Assembly: GCA_963840235.1 (NCBI GenBank)
Contig: CAWIYC010000003.1
Coordinates: 456,927 to 520,926 of the forward strand
DNA length: 64,000 nt
DNA from: an uncultured Actinomycetes bacterium
Lineage (GTDB): Bacteria; Actinomycetota; Thermoleophilia; Solirubrobacterales; 70-9
Reading direction: 5' to 3'
How positions within the stretch are numbered: the stretch's first letter is position 1; each line of letters starts with the position of its first letter. Under the pieces are notes generated by a model. The model was not told where the DNA came from, did not search any database, and worked only from the letters and a program-made list of their open reading frames with translations. The position numbers and the translations under genes were made by a program. Below are positions 9,329 to 17,439 of this stretch, piece by piece.

Positions 9329-10452
9329 CCGGGCCAGACGCCGGGCCGGAAACGGCTGCAGCGACGCGACTTGATCGCGTCCGGGAATTGGAGCACTTCG
9401 CCCTCGAGCGCTTGCCGGCGCTGCAGCTCAGCGACGGCGCCTTCTGCCACCAGGTTTCGGCCGAGGGGAACGGCAGGCCCGAGGGCCGCTCGGTGCGGTA
9501 CACGCTGATCGTCCTGATCGGGCTGCTCCGCGCCGAGGAGCACGACTTCGAGCACCCGTTCCACACCGGCGGGATCCGTGCCCGGATCGAGGCCGACCTC
9601 TCCTCGGAAGCGGTGACGCCGGGGGACCTGGGGCTGGCGCTGTGGGCGGACTCGCGGATGGCGGCGAGCTGGGTCGGCAACCTGGTGGCGGCGCTGCGCC
9701 GGTCCCCGGCTGGATCGTCGAAGATCGCCTCGCTGGCGAGCATGGAAGTCGCCTGGATCCTCACCGGGCTGGTCGAGGCCGGGGTCCGTGTCGATCTCGG
9801 CGAGGGGGAGGACCTGCTTGCGGCCGTCCGTGCACAGCTGCTCGAGCGGCGCCCCGGTGGGCACCTGGTGGCCCACGTCGCCCGCGGGCCGCGCAAGCGC
9901 CTGCCCCATTTCGCCGATCAGGTCTACAGCCTGCTGGCACTGTCGCAACTGGCCCGCGTCCGCGAGGACGAGGAGGCGCTGGATGCTGCCCTCTCCTTGG
10001 GGCGGAAGCTGGTCGAGCTGCAGATGCCCAGCGGCGCCTGGCCCTGGATCTCCGACCCGCTCCGCGGCACCGTGGTCGAGCCCTACGAGATCTACTCGGT
10101 CCACCAGGACTCGATGGCGATGATCGGCCTGCACAATCTCAGCCAGGCAAGCGGCGACCCCTCGTTCCGCGCGGCTGCGGTGCGCGGCCTGGACTGGAAT
10201 TTCGGCGAGAACGAGCTCGGGGCGCAGATGTTCGACCCCGGCGCCGGAATGATCTACCGTTCGATCCGCCGCAAGCAGCGCTTCGCCCGCGCCACCCAGG
10301 CGCGCAACGCCGCCGCAGCCTACGCTCACGCCAAGCCCCGGCTGGCAGCGGCCAGCCGGCTCGAGGTCAACCGCACCATGCGGCCCTACCACCTGGGTTG
10401 GATCCTCGAGGCCTGGGCCGGCAAAGAGGAGCTCGCGACCGAAGGCTCCTAA
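9325..10452 (+). CDS. Hypothetical protein, possibly an alpha/alpha-toroid-like fold
   Basis: The ATG at 9325 overlaps the upstream stop (ATGA). Coding-like GC3 is high throughout. Repeated aromatic/Gly motifs (LSDGAFCHQV, MPSGAWPW, YSVHQDSMAM) are reminiscent of toroid-repeat enzymes. No firm family assignment. Confidence 0.65.
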   Translation: MTGPDAGPETAAATRLDRVRELEHFALERLPALQLSDGAFCHQVSAEGNGRPEGRSVRYTLIVLIGLLRAEEHDFEHPFHTGGIRARIEADLSSEAVTPGDLGLALWADSRMAASWVGNLVAALRRSPAGSSKIASLASMEVAWILTGLVEAGVRVDLGEGEDLLAAVRAQLLERRPGGHLVAHVARGPRKRLPHFADQVYSLLALSQLARVREDEEALDAALSLGRKLVELQMPSGAWPWISDPLRGTVVEPYEIYSVHQDSMAMIGLHNLSQASGDPSFRAAAVRGLDWNFGENELGAQMFDPGAGMIYRSIRRKQRFARATQARNAAAAYAHAKPRLAAASRLEVNRTMRPYHLGWILEAWAGKEELATEGS

Positions 10453-10462
10453 GGCGGCGGGC

Positions 10463-11383
10463 TCAGCGGGGCCTGACCACGGTGAAGCTGCGCACGGCCG
10501 GGGAAGGATCGGTACTGCCCGCCTTGATCGCCCTGACCTGGAAGCTGTGGGCCCCGAAGCCGAGCCGGCCGAAGGTCTTGGGCGAGCTGCAGGGCACTAA
10601 CGGCCGCCGGTCGAGCCTGCAGCGGAAGCGGGAGCCCGCCAGGCTCGAGGAGAAGCGGAAGGTGGGGGTCCGGTCCCTGGTCTTGCCCTTCGGCCCCGCA
10701 GTGATCGAGGTCTGCGGCTTTGGAGGGGGCGGACAGGCATGCTCGCTCGGTGGTGTCGCGTTGCCGCGCGGAGCGGGAGAGACCTCGGAGAAGTCGGCGG
10801 CGCTCGAGTTGGTGTCGTCGCCGGATTCGAGCAGGCTCGCACAGCCGGCGGAGATCGAGCGGGTCAGGGCCTTGCCCTCGGCGATGCCGCCGGGGGAGGC
10901 GTTGGGGGCGCTGGGCGAGGGCAGGCCGCCCACGGGGGGCGTGAACGAGCCCCACGAGACGCAATCCACGGGGACACCGTCCGGGTAGCAGACCGCGCCG
11001 CCCGCCGGGCTGAGATCGAGGGCGGCGTCGGAGAAGTCGGCCCCCGGGCCGCCGGGGAAGGCTGCGGCGTAGCCGCTGCCGCCTAGCAGGATCGTCGACT
11101 GGTTTGCGCCGGCCCCGAGGGTGGCGTTCATTGTGATAGTCGCGGTCAGCGACCCGCCGGCGCCATAGAGAGTGACCTCACGGCCGTTGACGAAGTTCTG
11201 CCCCGAGGCGGTCATCTGCAGGACCACATAGTCGGAGTTGGGGGCGGCGGCACTTCCCGGATAGACCTCACGGATCTTCATCAGGTGGAAGGTGGCCGAG
11301 GCGGGCGCCGCAAGCACCGCCGCTGACAGGGCCAGGCATCCTGCCAGCAGGCACGCAAGGCGTCTTGCTTCCCGTGGGACCAC
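10463..11383 (-). CDS. Secreted lamin-tail-domain (LTD)-like protein with a C-terminal Ig-like module
   Basis: The GTG start at 11383 yields the signal peptide VVPREARRLACLLAGCLALSAAVLAAPASA. An LTD-like segment follows (IREVYPGSAAAPNSDYVVLQMTASGQNFVNGREVTLYG), then TPTFRFSS..RFRCRLD...HSFQVRA. The longer ORF in the track overlaps ispG and is rejected. Confidence 0.68.
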   Translation of the reverse strand: MVPREARRLACLLAGCLALSAAVLAAPASATFHLMKIREVYPGSAAAPNSDYVVLQMTASGQNFVNGREVTLYGAGGSLTATITMNATLGAGANQSTILLGGSGYAAAFPGGPGADFSDAALDLSPAGGAVCYPDGVPVDCVSWGSFTPPVGGLPSPSAPNASPGGIAEGKALTRSISAGCASLLESGDDTNSSAADFSEVSPAPRGNATPPSEHACPPPPKPQTSITAGPKGKTRDRTPTFRFSSSLAGSRFRCRLDRRPLVPCSSPKTFGRLGFGAHSFQVRAIKAGSTDPSPAVRSFTVVRPR

Positions 11384-11438
11384 TGCCCCTAGTACGGGGA
11401 GAACCCGGCTCAGGTTCAACCGCAGGTACCCTTGGGCC

Positions 11439-12692
11439 GTGGCATCGAAGCGGCAGATATTCGTCGGCGGTGTGCCGATCGGCGGCGGTGCCCCGGTCGT
11501 CGTGCAGACGATGACCAAGACCGAGACGGCCAATCTCGAGGCGACGATGGAGCAGATCCGCAAGGTCGCAGACGCCGGAGCCGACCTGGTGCGGGTCGCG
11601 GTCCCCCGCGACGAAGACGTCGAAGCGCTGAAGACGATCGTCGCCGACTCGCCGATCCCGGTGATCGCGGACATCCACTTCAACCACACCCTGGCGCTGA
11701 AGGCGATCGACGCCGGCGCCCACTGCATCCGGCTCAACCCGGGCAACATCGGCGGCCGCGAGAAGGTCGCCGAGGTCGCCGAGCGCGCCAACGCGGCCGC
11801 GGTGCCGATGCGGATCGGGGTCAACTCCGGCTCGCTGCCAAAGCACCTGCACGCGCTCGAGCGCGAGGCGCCGGTCGAGGCCCTGGTCACCGCCGCGGTC
11901 GAGTTCGTCGAGCTGATGGAGAGCCTCGAGTTCGAGAACTTCAAGATCTCGATCAAATCGACCAACGTCCCCAACACGATTGCCGCCAACCGGCTGCTCG
12001 CGGAGAAGGTGCCCTACCCGATCCACCTCGGCATCACCGAGGCGGGCACGAGATGGTCCGGTTCGCTCAAGTCCGCGGTCGGCCTCGGGACGCTGCTGGC
12101 GGACGGGGTCGGCGACACGATCCGGATCAGCCTCTCGACCTTCCACGCCGAGGAGGAGGTCAAGGTCGCCTGGGAGATCCTCAAGGCACTGCAGCTGCGC
12201 GAGCGGGGACCGGTGCTGATCGCCTGTCCGACCTGCGGCCGGCTCCAGTTCGACATGGACTCCGTCGTCGCCGAGATCGAGCAGCGGTTGGAGTCCTACA
12301 CCGAGCCGATCGAGGTCGCGGTCCTCGGCTGCGCGGTGAACGGGATCGGCGAGGCCTCGCACGCCGACTTCGGCATCACCGGCGCCAAGAACGAGGGGCT
12401 GATATTCGCCGGCGGCAAGCCCTTGCGAAAAGTTCCCCAGGCGGAGCTGGTCGATCGCCTGTTCGAGGAGATCGACCGCTCGCTCGACCGCGGCAGGGTC
12501 CAGGCCGACGAGGCCGAGGTCCGAGAGGGCGCCGAGTGGCTGGCGAAGATCGAGAAGGAGAACGCCGGCGACCTGACGCCGGAGAAGATCGCGCAGATGG
12601 AGCACGAGGCCGCCCAGCGCGGCGAGTCCGACCGGGTACTCCTCGACGAGGAGGCGTCTCCGACAGCTGGGCGCCGTTTCACACGGGCCTGA
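11439..12692 (+). CDS. ispG: 4-hydroxy-3-methylbut-2-en-1-yl diphosphate synthase
   Basis: VVVQTMTKT, IPVIADIHFN, IRLNPGNIG, LIACPTCGR and VLGCAVNGIGEA are canonical IspG/GcpE motifs. A GTG start at 11439 is preferred over the upstream ATG. The protein has a C-terminal coiled extension of about 55 aa. Confidence 0.92.
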   Translation: MASKRQIFVGGVPIGGGAPVVVQTMTKTETANLEATMEQIRKVADAGADLVRVAVPRDEDVEALKTIVADSPIPVIADIHFNHTLALKAIDAGAHCIRLNPGNIGGREKVAEVAERANAAAVPMRIGVNSGSLPKHLHALEREAPVEALVTAAVEFVELMESLEFENFKISIKSTNVPNTIAANRLLAEKVPYPIHLGITEAGTRWSGSLKSAVGLGTLLADGVGDTIRISLSTFHAEEEVKVAWEILKALQLRERGPVLIACPTCGRLQFDMDSVVAEIEQRLESYTEPIEVAVLGCAVNGIGEASHADFGITGAKNEGLIFAGGKPLRKVPQAELVDRLFEEIDRSLDRGRVQADEAEVREGAEWLAKIEKENAGDLTPEKIAQMEHEAAQRGESDRVLLDEEASPTAGRRFTRA

Positions 12693-12853
12693 TTCGGAGC
12701 CGGCCGCCGGTCCCCCGCCTCACTCAAACTGCTCGGCAGTTACAAGCCGTTCGACGGGGGACCGACACCCATCTGGGCAACTAGCCACGCAAACGGCCAC
12801 CGGTCCTTTCGACCGGAGCGACAGAGGAGCGGAACGTCTAGGTTTGTTCGCCG

Positions 12854-14542
12854 ATGTCGCGCGTATCGCAGATGTTCTGGCCGACGGTCAAGGATCCGCC
12901 GGCCGACGCCGAGGCGATCAGCCACAAGCTGATGGTCCGGGCCGGGCTGATCCGCCAGCTCGGCGCCGGGCTCTGGACCTACCTCCCGGCCGGGTGGCGG
13001 GTCCACCGCAAGGTCGAGGCGATCATCCGCTTCGAGATGGACGCGATCGGCGGCCAGGAGATGCTGATGCCGGTCCTGCAACCGGCAGAGCTGTGGAAGG
13101 AGACCGGCCGTTACGGGCTCGACATCCAATTCCGCCTCGAGGACCGCAAGGGCTCGGAGATGGTGCTGGCGATGACCCACGAGGAGTGCCTGACGTTCCA
13201 CGTCGCCCGCGAGGTCCGCTCCTACCGCGACCTGCCGCTGATCCTCTACCACCTCCAGATCAAGGAGCGCGACGAGCCGCGCCCCCGCGCCGGGGTCCTG
13301 CGCTCGCGCGAGTTCGTGATGAAGGACTCCTACTCCTTCGACCGCGACGCTGAGTCCTTCGAGCGCTCCTACGAACTTCACATCGGCGCCTACGACCGAA
13401 TTTTCGACCGTTGCCGGCTGGACTGGTACCGGGTCGAGTCCGATGTCGGGATGATGGGCGGGTCAGGCGCCCACGAGTACATGGCGCCCTGCCGCGCGGG
13501 AGAGGACAGCATCGCCCTGGCATCCCCGAATTACGCGGCCAACGTCGAGGTGGCCTCGGCGACACCGCAGCCGGTGAAACTGCCACCCGCGCTCGATTCC
13601 CCCGAGCCGGTGCCGACGCCCGGCCTGAAGACGGTCGATGAGGTCGCCTCGTCGCTCGGCCTGCCCGCCGGGGCGCTGCTGAAGTCTCTGCCGGTGGTGA
13701 TCGACGACGAGCGCGGCTTCACCCTGATCCTGATTCGGGGGGATCACCGCCTGGGAGAGGTGAAGCTGAGAAACGCGCTCGCAGCCGACTTCCGCCCTGC
13801 CGGCGAGGACGAGATCTCCGAACGCCTCGGCCCGGCCGGGTTCATCGGCCCGGTCGGCACCGACGTGGCCGTGATAAAGGACGCCGCCATCGAGGGCGAC
13901 TCCTACGTCACCGGCGCCAACCGGGTTGACGAGCACCTCCGCGGTGTCGCTCCAGGTCGTGACTTCGACTTCGTCGAGATGGACGTGCGGGCGGTGGAGG
14001 ACGGCGACACCGCCGACGGTGTCGCAATAGAGATTCAGCCGGCGATCGAGATCGGAAACATCTTCAAGCTCGGCACCCGCTACTCGGAGGCGCTGGGTGC
14101 CACCTTCCTCGACGAGGAGGGAGCCGAGCGCCCGATCGTCATGGGCAGCTACGGGATGGGCCCGGCGCGGATCGTCGCCGCCTCGATCGAGCAGCGCGCG
14201 GACGACAAGGGGATCGTCTGGCCGCGCTCGATCGCGCCCTGGGAAGTCCACCTGGTGTCCCTGGCCAAGGCCGGCGAGCCCGAGCGCGAGGCCGCCGACA
14301 TCCTCTACGAGGAGCTGGAGAGTGCAGGCCTCGAGGTCCTCTACGACGACCGCGACGCCGGGGCGGGGGAGAAGCTGACCGACGCCGAGCTGCTCGGCTG
14401 TCCCCTGCGCCTGGTGGTCGGCCGCCGCGGTCTCGCAGACGGCATCGTCGAGGCGCAGGAGCGGGCAAGCGGCGCCGAGCACCGCCTGCCGGTTGCCGAG
14501 GCCTCCGCGACGGCGGCGGAGATTCTTCAGGCGATCGACTAG
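12854..14542 (+). CDS. proS: Proline--tRNA ligase (bacterial type with an editing domain)
   Basis: SHKLMVRAGLIRQLGAGLWTYLP, RPRAGVLRSREFVMKDSYSF and a 562-aa length are typical of class II ProRS. Confidence 0.95.
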   Translation: MSRVSQMFWPTVKDPPADAEAISHKLMVRAGLIRQLGAGLWTYLPAGWRVHRKVEAIIRFEMDAIGGQEMLMPVLQPAELWKETGRYGLDIQFRLEDRKGSEMVLAMTHEECLTFHVAREVRSYRDLPLILYHLQIKERDEPRPRAGVLRSREFVMKDSYSFDRDAESFERSYELHIGAYDRIFDRCRLDWYRVESDVGMMGGSGAHEYMAPCRAGEDSIALASPNYAANVEVASATPQPVKLPPALDSPEPVPTPGLKTVDEVASSLGLPAGALLKSLPVVIDDERGFTLILIRGDHRLGEVKLRNALAADFRPAGEDEISERLGPAGFIGPVGTDVAVIKDAAIEGDSYVTGANRVDEHLRGVAPGRDFDFVEMDVRAVEDGDTADGVAIEIQPAIEIGNIFKLGTRYSEALGATFLDEEGAERPIVMGSYGMGPARIVAASIEQRADDKGIVWPRSIAPWEVHLVSLAKAGEPEREAADILYEELESAGLEVLYDDRDAGAGEKLTDAELLGCPLRLVVGRRGLADGIVEAQERASGAEHRLPVAEASATAAEILQAID

Positions 14543-14556
14543 GGCATCAGATCCCG

Positions 14557-15312
14557 ATGACTCAGCAGAGTGGGCACCAGCGCGACACGCCCAAACGAAC
14601 CCCGGCTGCGCCGGGATCACCGGTCGCTGACGCTCCCTCGGAGGACGTGTCGGGCGATGAATTCGTCCCCTTCGGGAAGGGCCGGGTGAGAAGGCTCTTC
14701 GGCCTCGATCGCACCGGGCCGGAACCGGAGCAGACGCGAAAGGGCGAGCCGCTGAGGCCGCTCACCCTCCCCAACATGGTCGGTTTCATCCGCCTGGCGG
14801 CGGTTCCGCTGTTCCTCTATCTGGCCTTCTCCTCCGACGACGGCCGCAGCGCCCCGGCCGCGATCGTCTTCCTGGCGATCTCGCTCGGCGACTACCTCGA
14901 TGGCTTCCTCGCCCGGGTCACGGGCCAGTACAGCCGCATGGGCGCCATTCTCGACCCGGTCGTCGATCGCCTCACGATCGTCTCCGGCGCGATCGTCTGC
15001 TGGCATTTCGAACTTCTGCCGCGCTGGGCGCTCGCGGCCCTGGTCGTGCGCGAGATCATCACCCTGGGCCTGGCCCACTACGGGCTCCGCCACGGGGTGG
15101 ACATCGAGGTCAACTGGCTCGGGCGGGTTGCGGTGTTCCCGATCATGGCGGCGATCTTCTTCTCGATGCTGTTCGGCGGCTGGCTGCCGACGACGTTGCT
15201 GATAGTCGGCCTGGTCCTCTCGATCCTGGCGACGATCCTCTACGCCCGGATGGGGCGCGACGCGGCGCGACGCCACCGCGAGTGGCTGAAATCGAACCCT
15301 CACTCTCCATAA
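14557..15312 (+). CDS. pgsA: CDP-alcohol phosphatidyltransferase (PgsA-like)
   Basis: GDYLDGFLARVTGQYSRMGAILDPVVDRL matches D-x2-DG-x2-AR-x8-G-x3-D-x3-D. It is multi-TM with an N-terminal extension of about 70 aa, so the start is uncertain. Confidence 0.85.
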   Translation: MTQQSGHQRDTPKRTPAAPGSPVADAPSEDVSGDEFVPFGKGRVRRLFGLDRTGPEPEQTRKGEPLRPLTLPNMVGFIRLAAVPLFLYLAFSSDDGRSAPAAIVFLAISLGDYLDGFLARVTGQYSRMGAILDPVVDRLTIVSGAIVCWHFELLPRWALAALVVREIITLGLAHYGLRHGVDIEVNWLGRVAVFPIMAAIFFSMLFGGWLPTTLLIVGLVLSILATILYARMGRDAARRHREWLKSNPHSP

Positions 15313-15383
15313 ACCTTCAACCTTTGGTTGACCCTTTGGCGGAGGCGCCTATAATCGGCCCAGACCGCCACCAAAGGAGTGAG

Positions 15384-15683
15384 ATGGAGGACACCTTTCC
15401 TGATCTCGGGTCCCTCAGCGACCCGGAGTTGAAGGCGCTTATCGAGAAGCTCACCGAGGAGGAGCAGGAGGTCTCATACCGGCGGCGCGTGCTGCACGGA
15501 AAGATCGACATTCTCAGAGCCGAGCTGGTCAACCGCCTGCGCCAGAAGCGCGAGCGGGGCGACTCCCTGATCTCAGGCGATGACGTCCGCCAGCTGACCG
15601 AGATCCTCGCCGGCAAGGCCCAGCCCGCGCCCGAAGAGGAAGCGCCCGAAGACGAAGCGCCCGAGAAGGACTCCGCCGCATAG
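15384..15683 (+). CDS. Small coiled-coil protein, RsiG-like (single c-di-GMP-binding-type motif)
   Basis: An AAGGAG RBS lies 5 nt upstream of the ATG. The protein is 99 aa. EEEQEVSYRRRVLHGKIDILRAEL fits E-x3-S-x2-R-x3-(Q>H)-x3-D (E27, S31, R34, H38, D42). The C-terminal tail is acidic and Pro-rich. Confidence 0.6.
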   Translation: MEDTFPDLGSLSDPELKALIEKLTEEEQEVSYRRRVLHGKIDILRAELVNRLRQKRERGDSLISGDDVRQLTEILAGKAQPAPEEEAPEDEAPEKDSAA

Positions 15684-15695
15684 CGGCCCGCTGCG

Positions 15696-16166
15696 ATGGC
15701 CGTCCACTGTCCCGAGTGCGGTTTCGTCAACCCGGAGGGTGCGAACTACTGCCAGAAGTGCGGCGCCTACCTCAGCCGCCCCGAGGGCGGGGAGGAGCCG
15801 ACGACGATGACCTATACCGTCGACGAGGCTGGCGAGATGCAGCCTGTCGACATCGACGAGGTCGTCGAGAAGGCCGGTGCGGCCCTGGTGATCCGTGCCG
15901 GCGGGGGCAGGGCCGGCGAGAGCTTCACCGTCACCGACGACCGCGTCAGCATCGGCCGCAGCCCCGACGCCGGGGTATTCCTCGACGACGTCACCGTTTC
16001 CCGCAACCATGCCCTCCTTGTCCGCCGGCGCGACGGCCTCTACGTCGACGATCTCGGCTCGCTCAACGGCACCTATGTGAACCGGCGCCGGATCGAGTCA
16101 CACAAGCTCGAGGACGGCGACGAGATCCAGGTTGGAAAGTACAAGCTCAGCTTCCTGGAGAAGTAG
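15696..16166 (+). CDS. Zinc-ribbon plus FHA domain protein (in the GarA/OdhI position)
   Basis: The N-terminus CPECGFVNPEGANYCQKCG is a double-CxxC ribbon. The C-terminus SIGRSPDAGVFLDDVTVSRNHALL...GSLNGTYVN is a canonical FHA domain. Confidence 0.88.
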   Translation: MAVHCPECGFVNPEGANYCQKCGAYLSRPEGGEEPTTMTYTVDEAGEMQPVDIDEVVEKAGAALVIRAGGGRAGESFTVTDDRVSIGRSPDAGVFLDDVTVSRNHALLVRRRDGLYVDDLGSLNGTYVNRRRIESHKLEDGDEIQVGKYKLSFLEK

Positions 16167-16940
16167 ATGGCGGTCTCCGGGGGACAGAGCGGAGTGGACG
16201 TGAGCGAGCGCGGCTCCCGCGCCCGCGACGGCGGCAACCGGCCCCAGCGCAAGGCTCTGACGATCGGTGCCGTCTGCAAGATCCTCGAGAGCGAGTTCGA
16301 CGATATCTCGATCTCGAAGATCCGCTACCTCGAGGATCAGAAGCTGCTGACCCCGCGGCGCACGGCCGGTGGCTACCGTCTCTACAGCCAGGCCGACGTC
16401 GAGCGCCTGAAGACAATCCTGCGGCTACAGCGCGACGAGTTCCTGCCGCTGCGGGTGATCCGCCAGGAACTCGCCTCGGGAGCGGAGATGCCCGATATCG
16501 CCGGCGAGCGGCGGCCCGGGGGCGGGGCAGTGCGGCGGGCGATCCTGGTCAACACCTCGAGCGCCTATCTGACCGTGGACGAGGTGGTCGAGGAGACCGG
16601 GGCCCGCGAGGAGCTGATCCGCGAGCTCGAGGACTTCGGCGTGGTCCAGCCCGAACAGCGCGACGGGCGAACCGTCTACGACGAGACCGACCGCGAGATC
16701 GTCCGCGCCGCCAACGAGCTCTCCCGCTTCGGCGTCGCCGCCCGCAACCTCAGGGTCTTCCGCTCCTCGGCCGACCGCGAGGCGAACCTGCTGGAGGCCC
16801 TGCTCGGGCCCTCGCTGCGCTCTCGCAACCCTCAGCGGCGCAAGGAGGCCCTGGAGAGCCTCGAGAACCTGGCGGCGACCGCCAGCCACCTCAAGCACCT
16901 GCTGCTGGTCCGTGACCTGCGGCGGCTCGCGGGGAACTAG
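16167..16940 (+). CDS. MerR-family transcriptional regulator (FtsR-like position)
   Basis: LTIGAVCKILESEFDDISISKIRYLEDQKLLTPRRTAGGYRLYSQADVERLKTILRLQRDEFLPL is a MerR HTH. The start abuts the FHA gene stop. Confidence 0.85.
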   Translation: MAVSGGQSGVDVSERGSRARDGGNRPQRKALTIGAVCKILESEFDDISISKIRYLEDQKLLTPRRTAGGYRLYSQADVERLKTILRLQRDEFLPLRVIRQELASGAEMPDIAGERRPGGGAVRRAILVNTSSAYLTVDEVVEETGAREELIRELEDFGVVQPEQRDGRTVYDETDREIVRAANELSRFGVAARNLRVFRSSADREANLLEALLGPSLRSRNPQRRKEALESLENLAATASHLKHLLLVRDLRRLAGN

Positions 16941-16959
16941 GCCCCGGCGGGCTCCGGCC

Positions 16960-17439
16960 GTGGCGAAGGTCAGCCGCCGGCGGGTGATCGGGGCGCCGCC
17001 GGGTGGTGTCTGGTCGCTGATTTCCGACCCTTACAACCTTCCCCGCTGGTGGCCGCGGACGGCCCGGGTCGAGAACGTCGAGCGCACCAGGGCAGGAAAG
17101 CGCAGCCGCTGGACCAAGGTCCTGCAGACGAGCGGCGGCCGCGGGGTGCGGGCCGACTTCCGCTGCGTCGGCTCAACCGAGGAGAGCCGCTTCGCCTGGG
17201 AGCAGGAGATCGCAGGAACCCCGTTCGAGAAGCACCTGAAGAGCTCCGAGCTGGAGATCTCGCTCGAGCCCCGCGGCGACGGGACCGAGGTCCGGATCAC
17301 TTCCCGGCAGGCGCTGAGAGGACTTTCCCGCCTAGGCTCGCCGATGATGACCCGTGGCCAGGGAACGATCCTCGCCGAGGCGCTCGACGGCATCGAGAGT
17401 GCGCTGGCGCCCGCAGAGGAGGAGGATCAGCGGACGTGA
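16960..17439 (+). CDS. SRPBCC (START/polyketide-cyclase-like) ligand-binding protein
   Basis: VIGAPPGGVWSLISDPYNLPRWWP is a typical SRPBCC N-terminus. The protein is 159 aa from a GTG start. Confidence 0.7.
   Translation: MAKVSRRRVIGAPPGGVWSLISDPYNLPRWWPRTARVENVERTRAGKRSRWTKVLQTSGGRGVRADFRCVGSTEESRFAWEQEIAGTPFEKHLKSSELEISLEPRGDGTEVRITSRQALRGLSRLGSPMMTRGQGTILAEALDGIESALAPAEEEDQRT

Noticed and set aside
6553-11383. Calling the rseP-ispG insert a mobile element or genomic island.
   Set aside because: No integrase, transposase, tRNA attachment site or flanking direct repeats are present, and I could see no obvious compositional shift by eye. It is reported only as a synteny break.
12693-12853. 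A possible T-box or other leader upstream of proS, including the short hairpin CCGGTC-CTTTC-GACCGG at about 12800-12816.
   Set aside because: No T-box sequence (AANNNGGGTGGTACCGCG-like), specifier-loop architecture or U-tract is visible. The hairpin is short and could be incidental.
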